Origin: Burkholderiales bacterium
GTDB taxonomy: Bacteria; Pseudomonadota; Gammaproteobacteria; Burkholderiales; SG8-39
Reading direction: 5' to 3'
Assembly (NCBI GenBank): GCA_023383795.1
Contig: JAHDYJ010000008.1
Coordinates: forward strand, 3,582-67,581
DNA length: 64,000 bases
The notes under the pieces are model-generated. The model was not told the origin of the DNA. It did not search any database and worked only from the letters and a program-made list of their open reading frames with translations. The stretch's first letter is position 1. Every line of letters begins with the position of its first letter. Positions 63,200 through 64,000 of the stretch are shown one piece after another. The translations under genes and the position numbers were made by a program.

Positions 63200-64000
63200 A
63201 TGACACGATTGCGACGCGATCAGATCTTTCACGGGCGGCTGCCTTGGTGGACGCTGCTCCTCGCGGCCCTCGCGTCCGCTCCGGTCGATGCACAGCTGCT
63301 GCCTGGCATCGGCGATGCCCTCCGCGATGCCGAGAAGACGCGTCCGCAGCCACCCCCGCAGACGCAACCCAGGCTGGACGTCGACCGTCCGGCGCCGCCT
63401 GCGCCGGGGGCGCCCGACGCGCCGGGCTTTCGCGTCGAGCGCATCCGGCTCACGGGCGTGACGGTCCTGCCCGAAGCCGAGCTGGTCGAGATCCTGAAGC
63501 CGTACGCGGGACGCGACCTGACGCTGGACGATCTCAACCAGGCCGCCGCGGAGATCACGCGCCTGTACCGCGTCCGCGGGTATCCGGTCGCGCGTGCCTA
63601 CGTTCCCGCGCAGACGATCCGCGACGGGGTCGTCGAGCTCGCGGTGCTCGAGGGACGCTACGGCGAGCTCTCCGTGCGCGTGGACGCCGCGCTGTCGGGC
63701 CGCCTGGCGGACGAGGCGGTGCGCGCGCTGCGCCCGGGAGAGGTCATCGCCGAGGACGCGCTCAACCGCGCCCTGCTGCTGCTCGACGACCTGGGCGGCG
63801 TCGCCGCGCGGGGCACCCTGCGGCCCGGCGCCCGTCCGGGCACGGCCGATCTCGTCATCGACGTGACCGGGACGCCGCGCTTCGGCGGCACGCTGAGTGC
63901 CGACAACTTCGGCAGCGAGCTCACCGGCCGCTACCGCCTCGGCGCGGGCTTCCACGCGCACAACCTGGCGGGACAGGGCGACACGCTCGCCGCCCGCGCG
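63200..64000 (+). CDS. TpsB-type transporter (ShlB/FhaC family), 3' end beyond window
   Basis: Not in the ORF track because no stop is reached. ATG at 63200 gives MTRLRRDQIFHGRLPWWTLLLAALASAPVDAQ (signal). POTRA segment: FRVERIRLTGVTVLPEAELVEILKPYAGRDLTLDDLNQAAAEITRLYRVRGYPVARAYVPAQTIRDGVVELAVLEGRYG. The frame is open to nt 64000. Confidence 0.85.
   Translation, partial: MTRLRRDQIFHGRLPWWTLLLAALASAPVDAQLLPGIGDALRDAEKTRPQPPPQTQPRLDVDRPAPPAPGAPDAPGFRVERIRLTGVTVLPEAELVEILKPYAGRDLTLDDLNQAAAEITRLYRVRGYPVARAYVPAQTIRDGVVELAVLEGRYGELSVRVDAALSGRLADEAVRALRPGEVIAEDALNRALLLLDDLGGVAARGTLRPGARPGTADLVIDVTGTPRFGGTLSADNFGSELTGRYRLGAGFHAHNLAGQGDTLAARA

Noticed and set aside
55718-63961. 8.2-kb, 2747-aa minus-strand ORF, the longest in the track
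   Set aside because: Only its last 296 aa (55718..56608) form a coherent protein (cyclase + FHA). The remainder is antisense to cytochrome b561 and tpsA2 and has Arg/Ala/Gly/Asp-dominated junk composition. It stays open only because the GC-rich, repeat-rich sense frame lacks the complements of stop codons.

Overview
Very GC-rich proteobacterial chromosomal segment. Third codon positions are almost all G/C, so nearly every real gene is shadowed by long Arg/Ala-rich spurious ORFs in other frames. About 55 genes are supportable.

(1) 2-11.2 kb:
- An EntE-like aryl-acid ligase.
- A minus-strand operon for a 4-hydroxybenzoyl-CoA-reductase-like molybdenum enzyme (FAD/[4Fe-4S], 2x[2Fe-2S] and Mo subunits) plus a PaaK-like CoA ligase.
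- Then yqeB-yqeC (markers of selenium-dependent Mo-hydroxylase maturation) and a LysR regulator, followed by xdhC-marR.

(2) 12.7-25.8 kb: the housekeeping pairs grxD-prmC and prfA-hemA flank a roughly 13 kb block. The block encodes a CHAT protease - DUF928 - CHASE2 nucleotidyl cyclase - unknown secreted protein operon. That operon converges on a TpsA/TpsB two-partner secretion pair, with a Crp-family cNMP regulator at the edge. This is the most interesting candidate for an uncharacterised system.

(3) 28.5-30.9 kb: a Ser/Thr kinase translationally coupled to a TerC membrane protein.

(4) 31-53 kb: a large N-heterocycle catabolic island. It holds two paralogous three-subunit Mo hydroxylases, a cyanuric-acid-hydrolase/barbiturase-family ring-opening amidohydrolase, a cytosine-deaminase-like amidohydrolase, two amidohydrolase_2 (decarboxylase-type) enzymes, an alpha/beta hydrolase, one TRAP importer and two ABC importers.

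(5) 53-64 kb: SDR, a stand-alone EAL protein with a substituted catalytic motif, a periplasmic rhodanese, a cyclase-FHA protein and cytochrome b561. A second TPS pair follows, whose 1862-aa exoprotein carries about twenty 32-aa repeats and three MBG-like modules.

No rRNA, tRNA, CRISPR array, transposase or integrase was seen.
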